Notes: generated by a model not told the origin, from the sequence alone. Shown: positions 17,735-26,544, counted from the first letter of the stretch. The stretch: DNA of 64,000 nucleotides from Simkaniaceae bacterium (GCA_040880145.1 JBBDIZ010000024.1:12423-76422), one strand, 5' to 3'. Translations and numbers: made by a program.

Positions 17735-19065
17735 AGGGGAAGCGTTAAGCCATCATAGGCAAGTCTGACTTGAGTCATAAGATGACAATCATGAAGAATA
17801 TCGAGATGGAGTTGAACTTTGACTTGGAGGTCACTATCTGAGTGTTGAGGATCGTGGTGGGTGACCACCCAATCATGACAGTGAGTTGCATTGATAAGGG
17901 CGGTTGCATTCGAAATCGAACTATGACCCCAACCGACTTTTTTCTGATACTCTTCCGGAAAATATTGCGCCTCATGAATCAATAAGTCGCAGTCTTTTAA
18001 AAATGAAATCAAGCTTTGGTGAGGCTCTAAAAGAGGGTGATTTTTTCCGATATCGCCTGGATGGCCATGATAGCCAAGGAGCATCTCGTTATCTGTAACG
18101 TAGCCAATCGTATGATGGGGTGAGCGTATTTTAAAGCAAAGGGTGTGGCCTGGGTGGTAAGTGTAGTGAGTTTCTAAAACAAGATTGCCGATCTTGATAT
18201 GATCGCCATCTCTTAATTCTTTGAATTCAAATTCTGCTTGCATGTCATCTAGACGAACAGGAAAAAAGGCATGAGCGAGCATTTCAGAAAAAATCTCCTT
18301 TGGAGCTCGATCAAAGCCAACGGGCGCCCAAATATTGATCTTGCAACCCTTACGATAAATCGGAGCAAAGAAGGGGAATCCCGTGATATGATCCCAGTGC
18401 GTATGTCCTATAAAGAGATTGATTTCATTTTCATTCGTTAGCATTTCACCAAGAGGACGAATTCCTGTTCCGGCATCGATGATTAAAAGGTCTTTCCCGT
18501 AACGAACTTCTAAGCAGCAGGTATTTCCTCCGTAGCGTACATATTTCGGTCCGGCCACTGGATTGCTGCCCCGGGTTCCCCAAAAGCGGATATAGGAAGT
18601 CGCAATTGTCGGTGTTGGGTTGTAAAAAGTCTTATTTTCAGGAAGATCCGGCATTTTTTCAACAAAGGGAGCCGCATTAAGATTTCCTTGAAAGTAAGAC
18701 TCAACGATTAGAAAGAATTCATCAGCTGAGAAAGGCTTCTCTAAAAAATAAGTCGTGCCCCTATCCATAGCTGCGCGATAATTTTGAATCATTGTCTGAG
18801 ATGAGGTGATGATTACCCCAATTTCCTCAAAGCCCTTTTCCTTTCTCATATGACCGAGGATTTCAATTCCATGCATCTTAGGTAGCATCAATTCAACAAT
18901 AATGAGTTCAGGCTTGAAGCTGTGGAGACGTTTCAGGGTTTCAGGCCCATCAGAGGTCATTTCAATTGCATAATCACTAAAGCGCTGATCACTTTTTAGC
19001 AAGCGACGAGTTTGGGGTGAGGGATCTGCTATGAGTAGGCGTTTAGGCTCCATAGGCCTACTCAT
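17731..19065 (-). CDS. atypical response-regulator receiver domain fused to an MBL-fold hydrolase domain
   Basis: 444 aa. Residues ~8-125 are CheY-like (LLIADPS, IIVELMLPKMHG, VIITSS, LEKPF) with Glu where the phospho-acceptor Asp is expected. The C-terminal half carries GHTHWDH. Confidence 0.75.
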   Translation of the reverse strand: MSRPMEPKRLLIADPSPQTRRLLKSDQRFSDYAIEMTSDGPETLKRLHSFKPELIIVELMLPKMHGIEILGHMRKEKGFEEIGVIITSSQTMIQNYRAAMDRGTTYFLEKPFSADEFFLIVESYFQGNLNAAPFVEKMPDLPENKTFYNPTPTIATSYIRFWGTRGSNPVAGPKYVRYGGNTCCLEVRYGKDLLIIDAGTGIRPLGEMLTNENEINLFIGHTHWDHITGFPFFAPIYRKGCKINIWAPVGFDRAPKEIFSEMLAHAFFPVRLDDMQAEFEFKELRDGDHIKIGNLVLETHYTYHPGHTLCFKIRSPHHTIGYVTDNEMLLGYHGHPGDIGKNHPLLEPHQSLISFLKDCDLLIHEAQYFPEEYQKKVGWGHSSISNATALINATHCHDWVVTHHDPQHSDSDLQVKVQLHLDILHDCHLMTQVRLAYDGLTLPL

Positions 19066-19101
19066 AGCGAAAACAGACTTTCGAATCTACTCTTTTACGA
19101 G

Positions 19102-20142
19102 TTAATTTTCACTATCCGAATAGAAATAAGAAGGAGAGAGGTCTTGAGAGTAGGAAGTGACTTTGAATCCCTTATCTGTTTTTTTCATTTCAGAAACGCA
19201 TTCTATATCAATATAATTATGCCTATCTATAATCAGCTTATAGTTGTTATAAGATAAATAAAAATATATTCTATTTGTATAGATTGCAGTAATCTGATTT
19301 TTATCAGTAGTTATTATTGCATCTCCAGAGCCTTGATGTGTAGGCAGTAAGTATGTACTATTGTTCTTTTGCTTATCCATAAATTTAGCTAATAATAGAC
19401 CTTGAAAGTTGCCTATAAGGCGATTTGGAATGATTTGCGAGGCCAAAAACTGTACAGGAAGGAGTTTTTCTTCTGAGTTGTCTAATTCTTTTTTTAAATT
19501 TTCGAGTTCACTCTCAATTGATTGAAAGGGGGCTAATGAGTTATTATTTATTGAAACTTGAAATTTTCTTTCTCGATCACTTTTATAATCGTTAAGATAG
19601 GGAAGTGAATTATTGGATTTCTTTTGATTTTTCTTTAATTTAGAAGTGTATCCTTCGTTTATTTCTTCTATAATTTTTTGATTATCATCATGCTTCTTTA
19701 GGAAATTACCGGCCTTATTAGGTGCTATATTAAAAATGAGATCATTTATTAATTCTTTATTCTGGTAAAAAAGAGTATATAAGTCCCTTGACAGGTCTTT
19801 AAATGAAAAAGAATCGTCAAATTTGAGAGTCTCATCAATAGGCTGATCCCTTTTTTCTAATGCAATTTTATTTTCTAATTCATTTTTATAAATTGATTGA
19901 ATTAGCTTTTCTAGGGAATTTTTCTCTGTATAAATTTTAGTTTTTTCTAGGAATGCTAAAGCGATATCAAATAAAAACCGAATTACCGAATATTTAACAA
20001 ATTTATAAGTTTCAATTTCACCATAGGTATTAAGTCCCTTAATATAGCGGACTTGCTTTTGGGATTCGAGATGATCAAGCAATGAGCCGAAGCTATCACT
20101 ATTGTTAAGAAGGTCTATTACATTCATAAATATTATACTCAT
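19102..20142 (-). CDS. hypothetical AT-rich orphan protein
   Basis: 346-aa ORF, Asn/Lys/Ile-rich, with no recognisable motif. It is preceded by a repeat unit homologous to the one upstream of 16346. Confidence 0.45.
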   Translation of the reverse strand: MSIIFMNVIDLLNNSDSFGSLLDHLESQKQVRYIKGLNTYGEIETYKFVKYSVIRFLFDIALAFLEKTKIYTEKNSLEKLIQSIYKNELENKIALEKRDQPIDETLKFDDSFSFKDLSRDLYTLFYQNKELINDLIFNIAPNKAGNFLKKHDDNQKIIEEINEGYTSKLKKNQKKSNNSLPYLNDYKSDRERKFQVSINNNSLAPFQSIESELENLKKELDNSEEKLLPVQFLASQIIPNRLIGNFQGLLLAKFMDKQKNNSTYLLPTHQGSGDAIITTDKNQITAIYTNRIYFYLSYNNYKLIIDRHNYIDIECVSEMKKTDKGFKVTSYSQDLSPSYFYSDSEN

Positions 20143-20200
20143 TTTAACTTTAATATATATTAATTATATGTGAAATATTAATTTTAGTAAAGGAAGAATT

Positions 20201-20235
20201 ACACCGAAACAACTTCAAGAATCAATTTTGGTATA
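20201..20235 (-). repeat. dispersed hairpin repeat unit (minus orientation)
   Basis: The minus strand reads TATACCAAAATTGATTCTTGAAGTTGTTTCGGTGT and aligns along its full length with 16253-16288. Confidence 0.75.
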
Positions 20236-20237
20236 AA

Positions 20238-22598
20238 TCAATCAAAATCAAAGGCTTGTGGAGAGTCTATAAGGACTTTTCTTGGGCGGCTTCCTTCTTG
20301 GGGGCCTATAATTCCTTGCGATTCAAGCTCGTCGATTAACGCGGCGGCTCTTGGGTACCCAAGTTTGAGCTTTCTTTGGAGGTAGGAGGTTGAGATTTTT
20401 TTGCTATGAATAGCGATTTCAATGGCTTTTTCAAAGAGTGGGTCTCGGTTGTCATCTGAGGTTCCTCCGCAATTTGTAAGCTCTTCACGGCTCATGTTAT
20501 CGAAGGATTTAATGAGGTAGTTTGGGGAGGCTTGATTGCAGATGTAGTTGATGACTCTATGGATATCCTCGTCTCGTATATAAACGCCTTGTGCACGAGT
20601 CAGCTGCGAGGTACCGGGGGGAAGAAAGAGCATGTCGCCATTTCCAAGGAGGGTTTCAGCGCCATTTTCATCGAGAATAATTTGGCTGTTGACGCGGCTT
20701 GCGACTTTAAAAGCAATTCGTGTCGGAAAGTTTGCTTTGATGAGGCCTGTAATGACCTCTCGTGAAGGCCTTTGTGTTGCTAAGATAAGGTGGATGCCGA
20801 CAGCTCTTGCCATTTGTGCAATACGGGCAATGGGTGTTTCTAAGTCTGAGCTTGAGGTCATCATAAGATCGGCAAATTCATCGATAATGGCAACGATTTT
20901 TACCATTTTCTCTGGTATAGAAATGTCTAAAGCGTCCTCTAACTCTTGGTTGATCTTGCGGCTATTGAAAGCTGTGATATTACGCATCTGCAGCGCTTTT
21001 AGAATTTCGTAGCGGTGCTGCATCTCTTGAACAAGCCAGCTTAAGGCTGCGTAGGCGCCGTGAGCTTCAGTGATCACGGGAGCAACAAGGTGGGGCAGGG
21101 CTGAATAGGGGGTAAGCTCAACTTTTTTCGGGTCGATTAAGATGAGTTTGGTCTCATCGGGGTGCGCATTCATGAGAAGGGACATGATGATGGTATTGAT
21201 GCAGACCGACTTGCCCGAGCCTGTAGCGCCTGCAATGATTGCATGGGGCCATTTGACAAGGTCGCACATGACATCATCGCCACTGACGGTTTTTCCAAGG
21301 AGTATGGGGATATTAAATTGCCGGGGGTTTTTCTTATAGCGAGTGAGCATCTCCTTGAAGCCAACCTCTTGGGGGTGTCTTGAGGGAATCTCGACGCCTA
21401 CAGCGGCTTTTCCGGGTATGGGGGCGATGATGCGAATAGAGGGGGCTTGTAGATTGAGGGCGATGTCGTTTTCAAGAGTGGTGATTTTTTGAACTTTAAC
21501 CCCGACAGCCGGGTGAACTTCAAAAGAGGTGATGGTGGGGCCGCAGTTGATTTCTCCCACATGCGCTTCGATGCCAAAACTTGCTAAAGTCTCTTCTAAG
21601 ACGCGGGATTGGTCTTGCAGATCTTTTTTGTAGGTTGGGGCATCGATAAGTTTATTAGATGAAGAGAGGAGGTTGATGGGAGGAAGTTTATAATTTTTGT
21701 AGGCGCTTTTAAACGAAGCTTTTCGTTCAGTTGGAATATCTCCTGCAAGCTCGGGCCTTTTTTTCTTATTGTTGATTAGAAGCTCAGGCAGTGGAGAGCT
21801 GATTGAAGGTTTTGACGGGGCAAGTATTGGGGGAGGAGCCTTCTCTAAAAAGCGTTCATATTTAGGTTCAAAAGCGGCTTTTTTCAGTTCTTTTGGGGGC
21901 AAGGCGGCGAGGGGGGGCTTTTTTTTCTTGATTCCCCAGTCGATGTTTGGCCAGTTGCAGTTTTTGGCTAAACGTTTGCTAAACCCTATAATGGCAAGTG
22001 AAACTTTTTTTGTTCCCCGAATGACATCGAGAATTTTGATCTCTGCAAGCAGAATAAAACTCATAATAGAGGTCATGGAAAAGGTGAGAAAGACTCCCAC
22101 ATTACTCAATACTTTCTGCAGGCTGTAGCGTGGAATGTCGTGGAAGAGAAAGTAGGTGGGAATGCCTCCGAGGTTATAGCGAGTCGCTTGACTAAAAAAA
22201 GGAGACTTTAGAGTCAGTTTTTGACTTACAACGCGCTCTTTAAAAAAGGAGTAGTCCATAGAGTGTGTTTCTGCAAAGAGATTCAACAAAAAGGAGAGGG
22301 AGAGGATGAGAGAAAAAAAGTAGGTTACCTTAAAGGGGAGGTGAGGAAGTTTTCCGGAAACTAGGAGCTTCCATCCCATAAAGAAAAGAAGACCCACAAC
22401 GAGATAGGAAGTGATGCCAAAGCAGTAATTGAATAGAAAGCCAATACCATGGCCGATAAGTCCTAGCCAATTTTTTTCATGCTCGCCGTCTATAAAACTT
22501 AAGAGTGCTAAGAGCACGGTCATTGACAGTGCTAAAAAAAGCAGGCCTTTTGCTTCCGGATGGGTTGGAGATTCTGACTTATTCTTCTTCACACCCAT
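20238..22598 (-). CDS. ftsK: DNA translocase FtsK
   Basis: 786 aa with N-terminal TM helices, a Pro-rich linker, a motor domain with Walker A GATGSGKSV, and a C-terminal gamma-like winged helix. Confidence 0.9.
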   Translation of the reverse strand: MGVKKNKSESPTHPEAKGLLFLALSMTVLLALLSFIDGEHEKNWLGLIGHGIGFLFNYCFGITSYLVVGLLFFMGWKLLVSGKLPHLPFKVTYFFSLILSLSFLLNLFAETHSMDYSFFKERVVSQKLTLKSPFFSQATRYNLGGIPTYFLFHDIPRYSLQKVLSNVGVFLTFSMTSIMSFILLAEIKILDVIRGTKKVSLAIIGFSKRLAKNCNWPNIDWGIKKKKPPLAALPPKELKKAAFEPKYERFLEKAPPPILAPSKPSISSPLPELLINNKKKRPELAGDIPTERKASFKSAYKNYKLPPINLLSSSNKLIDAPTYKKDLQDQSRVLEETLASFGIEAHVGEINCGPTITSFEVHPAVGVKVQKITTLENDIALNLQAPSIRIIAPIPGKAAVGVEIPSRHPQEVGFKEMLTRYKKNPRQFNIPILLGKTVSGDDVMCDLVKWPHAIIAGATGSGKSVCINTIIMSLLMNAHPDETKLILIDPKKVELTPYSALPHLVAPVITEAHGAYAALSWLVQEMQHRYEILKALQMRNITAFNSRKINQELEDALDISIPEKMVKIVAIIDEFADLMMTSSSDLETPIARIAQMARAVGIHLILATQRPSREVITGLIKANFPTRIAFKVASRVNSQIILDENGAETLLGNGDMLFLPPGTSQLTRAQGVYIRDEDIHRVINYICNQASPNYLIKSFDNMSREELTNCGGTSDDNRDPLFEKAIEIAIHSKKISTSYLQRKLKLGYPRAAALIDELESQGIIGPQEGSRPRKVLIDSPQAFDFD

Positions 22599-22634
22599 TC
22601 AATAACATAATTCCGATTTTTTTTACAGAAAATG

Positions 22635-22709
22635 GGCGAACGACGGGACTCGAACCCGCGACCCCTGGAATCACAATCCAGTGCTCTAACCAACTGAGCT
22701 ACGATCGCC
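22635..22709 (-). tRNA. tRNA-His (anticodon GUG) with encoded G-1 opposite C73
   Basis: The minus strand reads GGCGATCGTAGCTCAGTTGGTTAGAGCACTGGATTGTGATTCCAGGGGTCGCGGGTTCGAGTCCCGTCGTTCGCC and folds by hand into a cloverleaf. The anticodon loop is TTGTGAT. There is an extra 5' G. Confidence 0.85.
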
Positions 22710-24083
22710 ATAAAAAAATGAGTCCTTATTTTCTAATAAATGGGTGATTTTCGTCAAGGCGATTGGGATAAAAAAGAAGAAAAGAAGCCAAGGCAGGGGA
22801 AGAGATTTTACATAGAGGAGAAAGGAATAAGCGGTTGGTGCATAGGTGACCGTTCGGATTAAAAAAAGTGTATAAAGCTCGGTTAGAGGCATTAGGAAAG
22901 GAAAGAGAAGGGAAAGGAGCACAAAAAAAAGGGAGATTGTCACCCCGAATGGATAAAAGAGATTATAAAAAAAGCTTAAAAGGGGATAGCGCCCAAAGAC
23001 ATGAAGAAGAAGAGGGAGGGTAAAGAAATTGACAGCAAATGATAAAGCTACTGCATTTCGAATCAATCCGGCGAGGAGGTAGATGTGTTTTTCGATAAAT
23101 GAGAGGGAGAGAGCCTCTTTGCGTTTTCTTTTGGGTAAACATCTCCAAAGCGCCTTGTCGATAGGAGCTGTTAAAGTGATAAGGCCAAAAGTTGCAAGAT
23201 AGCTGAGCTGAAAGCCGAGGGAGAGAAGGTTGAGGGGGTTGATGAGAAAAGAGAGGATAAAGGCGATAGATAGCGCATTTAAAGCGCTGCACTTTCGGCT
23301 GATCATTCGACCGGATAAAGGAATTAAAAGCGCGATCCAGGCGCGCGTAATTGAGGCAGTGGGACCAATATAAATAAAGAAAAGAGTGAGTAAAACCATC
23401 ATGGAAAAGGCAGAAGAGCGAAGAGGAAAAAAACGGGAGAGAAAAAAAGTTAAAAAGAGGGAAAGCATGGCAAAATGAAAGCCGGAAATAGCAAGAATAT
23501 GGCTTTGGGCAAGCCTGTCAAATTCGTATTTTAATGAACGCTCTTCTAAATCACCCGTTAGCAGCGTTGCAAAAAAAAGGTAGGTTTTTTTCTTTTTCAC
23601 TCGTTTTCTTAAAAACTTACGGAGTTTATTTTTCAATCGATAACGTTTTCCGGTAAATCTTGAGCTTTTTAAAGCGGCTGTCCATTTTGTGGGTTTAAAA
23701 AGGGAGAAATTTGGGCTTTTTTGAATAAGTGTTCCTTCTAAAAGATAATCTGTATCCGCGTTTGGGTGTTTTCCGTAAAGAGGGCGGAAGATATGGCAAG
23801 GTAAATTTTTGTACTCGTTGATGCCATCACTGAATTTGATGATTGTCCCGGTATATTGAGTTCTCCATCCAAAACTCGCTTGTGTCTTTTTTAATACTTT
23901 GGGGTGAAAATAGGCTGTTCCTATTTGAGCATCTGATATTTTCGGGGGGAGGCTGAAGTGGACGTAATAAAAGCTCACGGTCATTAAGATGATTAAGGGT
24001 AGGGAGCGGTTTTGTAAAAAGAAAAGCAGTGCGAAGGGGAGTGTAATGAGTCCAATACAAGAGAACAGAGCTCCAAAAAGCAT
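22686..24083 (-). CDS. comEC: ComEC/Rec2-family competence channel protein (start moved to MLFGAL)
   Basis: Polytopic membrane protein with the ComEC core LAISGFHFAMLS. The first 32 codons of the track ORF are encoded by an intergenic repeat. The 3' end overlaps tRNA-His by 24 nt. Confidence 0.75.
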   Translation of the reverse strand: MLFGALFSCIGLITLPFALLFFLQNRSLPLIILMTVSFYYVHFSLPPKISDAQIGTAYFHPKVLKKTQASFGWRTQYTGTIIKFSDGINEYKNLPCHIFRPLYGKHPNADTDYLLEGTLIQKSPNFSLFKPTKWTAALKSSRFTGKRYRLKNKLRKFLRKRVKKKKTYLFFATLLTGDLEERSLKYEFDRLAQSHILAISGFHFAMLSLFLTFFLSRFFPLRSSAFSMMVLLTLFFIYIGPTASITRAWIALLIPLSGRMISRKCSALNALSIAFILSFLINPLNLLSLGFQLSYLATFGLITLTAPIDKALWRCLPKRKRKEALSLSFIEKHIYLLAGLIRNAVALSFAVNFFTLPLLLHVFGRYPLLSFFYNLFYPFGVTISLFFVLLSLLFPFLMPLTELYTLFLIRTVTYAPTAYSFLLYVKSLPLPWLLFFFFIPIALTKITHLLENKDSFFYGDRSSVG

Positions 24084-24120
24084 GGAAAGAGCGTAGTCAA
24101 AAGCGGGAGCATCTTTATAT

Positions 24121-24176
24121 TCAAGAATCGGTTTTGCTAGCTGCGAAAATCCAATTCTTGAGGTTGTTTCGGTATA
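24121..24176. repeat. dispersed repeat, 56-bp inverted pair
   Basis: TCAAGAATCGGTTTTGC / GCGAAAATCCAATTCTTGA arms, with the right arm extending to GTTGTTTCGGTATA. Confidence 0.7.
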
Positions 24177-24203
24177 CATAGCAAAGAAGATGCAAACAAA
24201 ATC

Positions 24204-25490
24204 TTATAATGTCAAGTTGGATGGCGTGTCTGTTTTTGACTCTTCTTCGATGCAGCGATTGATCAAACGCGCACCCCGGGTTCCTGTGATATAGTGAAAA
24301 AACCACTCGAGCATGACACTAAAACGGTTGCGAAATCCGATGAGGTAGGCGACATGCAGCCCGCCCCAGATGACCCAAGCGAGAAAGCCGGTAAATTTTA
24401 GACCTCGAAAGTAGCCGACAGCTTTTAGACGCCCAATTGTGGCTAAACTTCCTTTGTCAAAGTAATTAAATTTACGCCGCTTTTCTTTTGGAGTTTCATT
24501 TTTGATGATTTTAGAGACATAAGAGCCCATTTGAATGGCAACGGGGGCAATTCCAGGCAAGATCTGCCCCTTCTTATCTTTAGTAGAGGCGGCATCTCCA
24601 ATGACAAAAATTTCGGGATAATCAGGAATGGATAGATCCTCTTCGACAAGGGCCCTTCCTTGCCGGTCAAGTGGTATATCGAGCTTTCGAAGCAATGGCG
24701 AGGCTTGATTGCCTGCAGCCCAAATTACATTGTGGCCTTCAATTAAAGTTTCTCCAATTCGAACACCCTCATCAGAAATATCGGTGACCAGCTTTTCAGT
24801 CAAAACCTTCACCCCCATTTCTTCGAGATCTTGTTTTGCCCGCTTTGAAAGTGAGGAAGGATAAGGAGGAAGAACGCGGGGCGCCCCTTCGATTAAGTAA
24901 ATTTTTGATTTTTTAGGATTGATGCGGCGAAAATTTTTAAACATGGTCTTGTAGGCGATTTCAGCAATCGCTCCTGCCATCTCGACACCTGTTGGCCCAG
25001 CACCAATGATGATAAAGTTTAAATACTTCGCAGCCTTTGAAACGCTATCTTGTCTTTCAGCCTTTTCAAAGGACATTAAGATATGCTCTCGAATCGTCAG
25101 GGCGTCTTTCACCGTCTTAAGCCCTGGGGCGAGTGCTTCCCATTCATCGTGGCCGAAATAAGAGTGCCGCGCTCCGACTGCCAAAACAAGGTAGTCATAG
25201 TTGAGAGTGTCTCCATTTCCAAGCCGAATGAGCCTTTTTTCTTTATCGATGTCGACCACATCCCCCATCATAACGGTTGTATTTTTATGCGAGCGAAAGA
25301 TTTCTCTTAAGGGGACAGCGATATCTGCAGGGGAAAGAGCAGCAGAAGCAACTTGGTAGAGGAGAGGTTGAAAGAGGTGGTGATTGGTCTTGTCGACTAA
25401 AAAGACGTCCATCTCAGCTTTTTTAAGCCTTTGAACGACCCTTAAGCCACCAAATCCCCCACCGACAACAACAACTTTTGTATACGCCAT
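24204..25490 (-). CDS. ndh: type II NADH dehydrogenase (NDH-2)
   Basis: 428 aa with two dinucleotide-binding folds (VVVVGGGFGGL and IIIGAGPTGVE). The size is typical of NDH-2. Confidence 0.85.
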   Translation of the reverse strand: MAYTKVVVVGGGFGGLRVVQRLKKAEMDVFLVDKTNHHLFQPLLYQVASAALSPADIAVPLREIFRSHKNTTVMMGDVVDIDKEKRLIRLGNGDTLNYDYLVLAVGARHSYFGHDEWEALAPGLKTVKDALTIREHILMSFEKAERQDSVSKAAKYLNFIIIGAGPTGVEMAGAIAEIAYKTMFKNFRRINPKKSKIYLIEGAPRVLPPYPSSLSKRAKQDLEEMGVKVLTEKLVTDISDEGVRIGETLIEGHNVIWAAGNQASPLLRKLDIPLDRQGRALVEEDLSIPDYPEIFVIGDAASTKDKKGQILPGIAPVAIQMGSYVSKIIKNETPKEKRRKFNYFDKGSLATIGRLKAVGYFRGLKFTGFLAWVIWGGLHVAYLIGFRNRFSVMLEWFFHYITGTRGARLINRCIEEESKTDTPSNLTL

Positions 25491-25573
25491 AATAATAGTA
25501 TATAATATAGGGAGTATTTACATGTAAATCAAAGATGTGAATAACTAAAAAACACTTTTTTTAGGGGCGAGCC

Positions 25574-26422
25574 TTAAGCATTTTTAATTCTTTCGAGAAA
25601 ATCAGCTTTTTCTACAGAGTCTTGTGGTAAGAATTTAATAAGGTTAGAAGTCATATCCCATTTTTCTTCTATAATATAGAAGTCAATCAACTCAATCATA
25701 ATATTTTCTTTTAAAAACTTGTCGTCTATTTTGTTTAAGAATGAACATATCACAATTAGTTTGTCAAAATATTTAATTTTATTAATAAACTTTATTGAAT
25801 TTTTATTTACGATCTTTTGATCGGTAATATTAGATATCGCACAAAAAGCAGTGATATGAATATTTTCGAATTCTAATTTGGTTAAATTATTAAATTCTGA
25901 ATCGTTAATTTTTATTACAATTCTATAGAAAAGGTTAGAGATGATTTTTTCTTTATAAATGTGATTGGAATTCATTAATTTTTTTTTAATAGAATTTGCA
26001 ATATTTAGGGCTGAAGAAAATTCTTTTTTTCTTAAAAAATTCGAGAATCTTGCCTCAAGTAAGCGAATATCTTGAATAGGCGCAGGGTTAGGGTCTTGAA
26101 TAAGGACTGGGTTAGGGTCTTGAATAGGTGCAGGGTTAGGGTCTTGAACAGGCGCAGGGTTAGGGTCTTGAATAGGCGCAGGGTTAGGGTCTTGAATAGG
26201 CGCAGGGTTAGGATCGTGAATAGGGGCGGGATCTAGAGGACAACAAAATTTGAAAAAAACCTCCATTAGAAACATGACGATAAGAAAAAGAGGAATAATG
26301 ATGATAAGTAGGGGCGAGAGGAGGAAATAAACGAGGATGTGCACGGTCTTGAGAACGCATGATTCCTCATTAGGAATAAGAAAGTTAATTGTTTTAATAG
26401 TATAGGGTGCAATTGTTTCCAT
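25574..26422 (-). CDS. hypothetical Inc-like membrane protein with seven PAPIQDPN repeats
   Basis: 282 aa. The N-terminal ~40-aa hydrophobic block is VHILVYFLLSPLLIIIIPLFLIVMFLMEVFF, followed by a Pro-rich 8-aa tandem repeat and an AT-rich Asn/Ile/Lys C-terminal domain. Confidence 0.55.
   Translation of the reverse strand: METIAPYTIKTINFLIPNEESCVLKTVHILVYFLLSPLLIIIIPLFLIVMFLMEVFFKFCCPLDPAPIHDPNPAPIQDPNPAPIQDPNPAPVQDPNPAPIQDPNPVLIQDPNPAPIQDIRLLEARFSNFLRKKEFSSALNIANSIKKKLMNSNHIYKEKIISNLFYRIVIKINDSEFNNLTKLEFENIHITAFCAISNITDQKIVNKNSIKFINKIKYFDKLIVICSFLNKIDDKFLKENIMIELIDFYIIEEKWDMTSNLIKFLPQDSVEKADFLERIKNA
26070..26237. repeat. 24-bp tandem repeat, 7 units (last degenerate), in frame
   Basis: Units of tcttgaataggcgcagggttaggg start at 26070, 26094, 26118, 26142, 26166, 26190 and 26214. 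Confidence 0.9.
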
Positions 26423-26544
26423 TGGATCTAATTATATCATGTACTTTAATAATTCTATATCAATAAAATAATGATTTGTCGTTTATAGGGGTTTTTTAAA
26501 AAAGGTAGCGAAAATATCGCTCTTTTCGGTAGTTTGGTGGCCGT

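Noticed and set aside
20532-22128. Several 65-126-aa ORFs antisense to or out of frame with ftsK. Similar shadow ORFs occur inside dnaK, gdh, the ATPase, pgm, the PgpH-like gene (32048-32497), the YkgJ gene (37378-37713) and aas.
   Set aside because: Each lies wholly within a long, motif-supported CDS on the other strand or in another frame, and each shows repetitive Ser/Arg/Leu-rich composition typical of shadow ORFs.
24084-24179. N-terminal 32-codon extension of comEC from the ORF track.
   Set aside because: It is encoded entirely by the dispersed intergenic repeat. The downstream Met precedes the first TM helix.
26070-26237. A regularly spaced 24-bp repeat array that at first glance could be a CRISPR-like array. 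It also contains GGGTTAGGG, which resembles a telomere unit.
   Set aside because: The units are directly adjacent with no spacers, are in frame, and encode PAPIQDPN inside a long ORF. The telomere-like 9-mer is a by-product of the Asn-Pro (AAC CCT AAC CC) codons. The long loops between G-tract pairs make a G4 unlikely.
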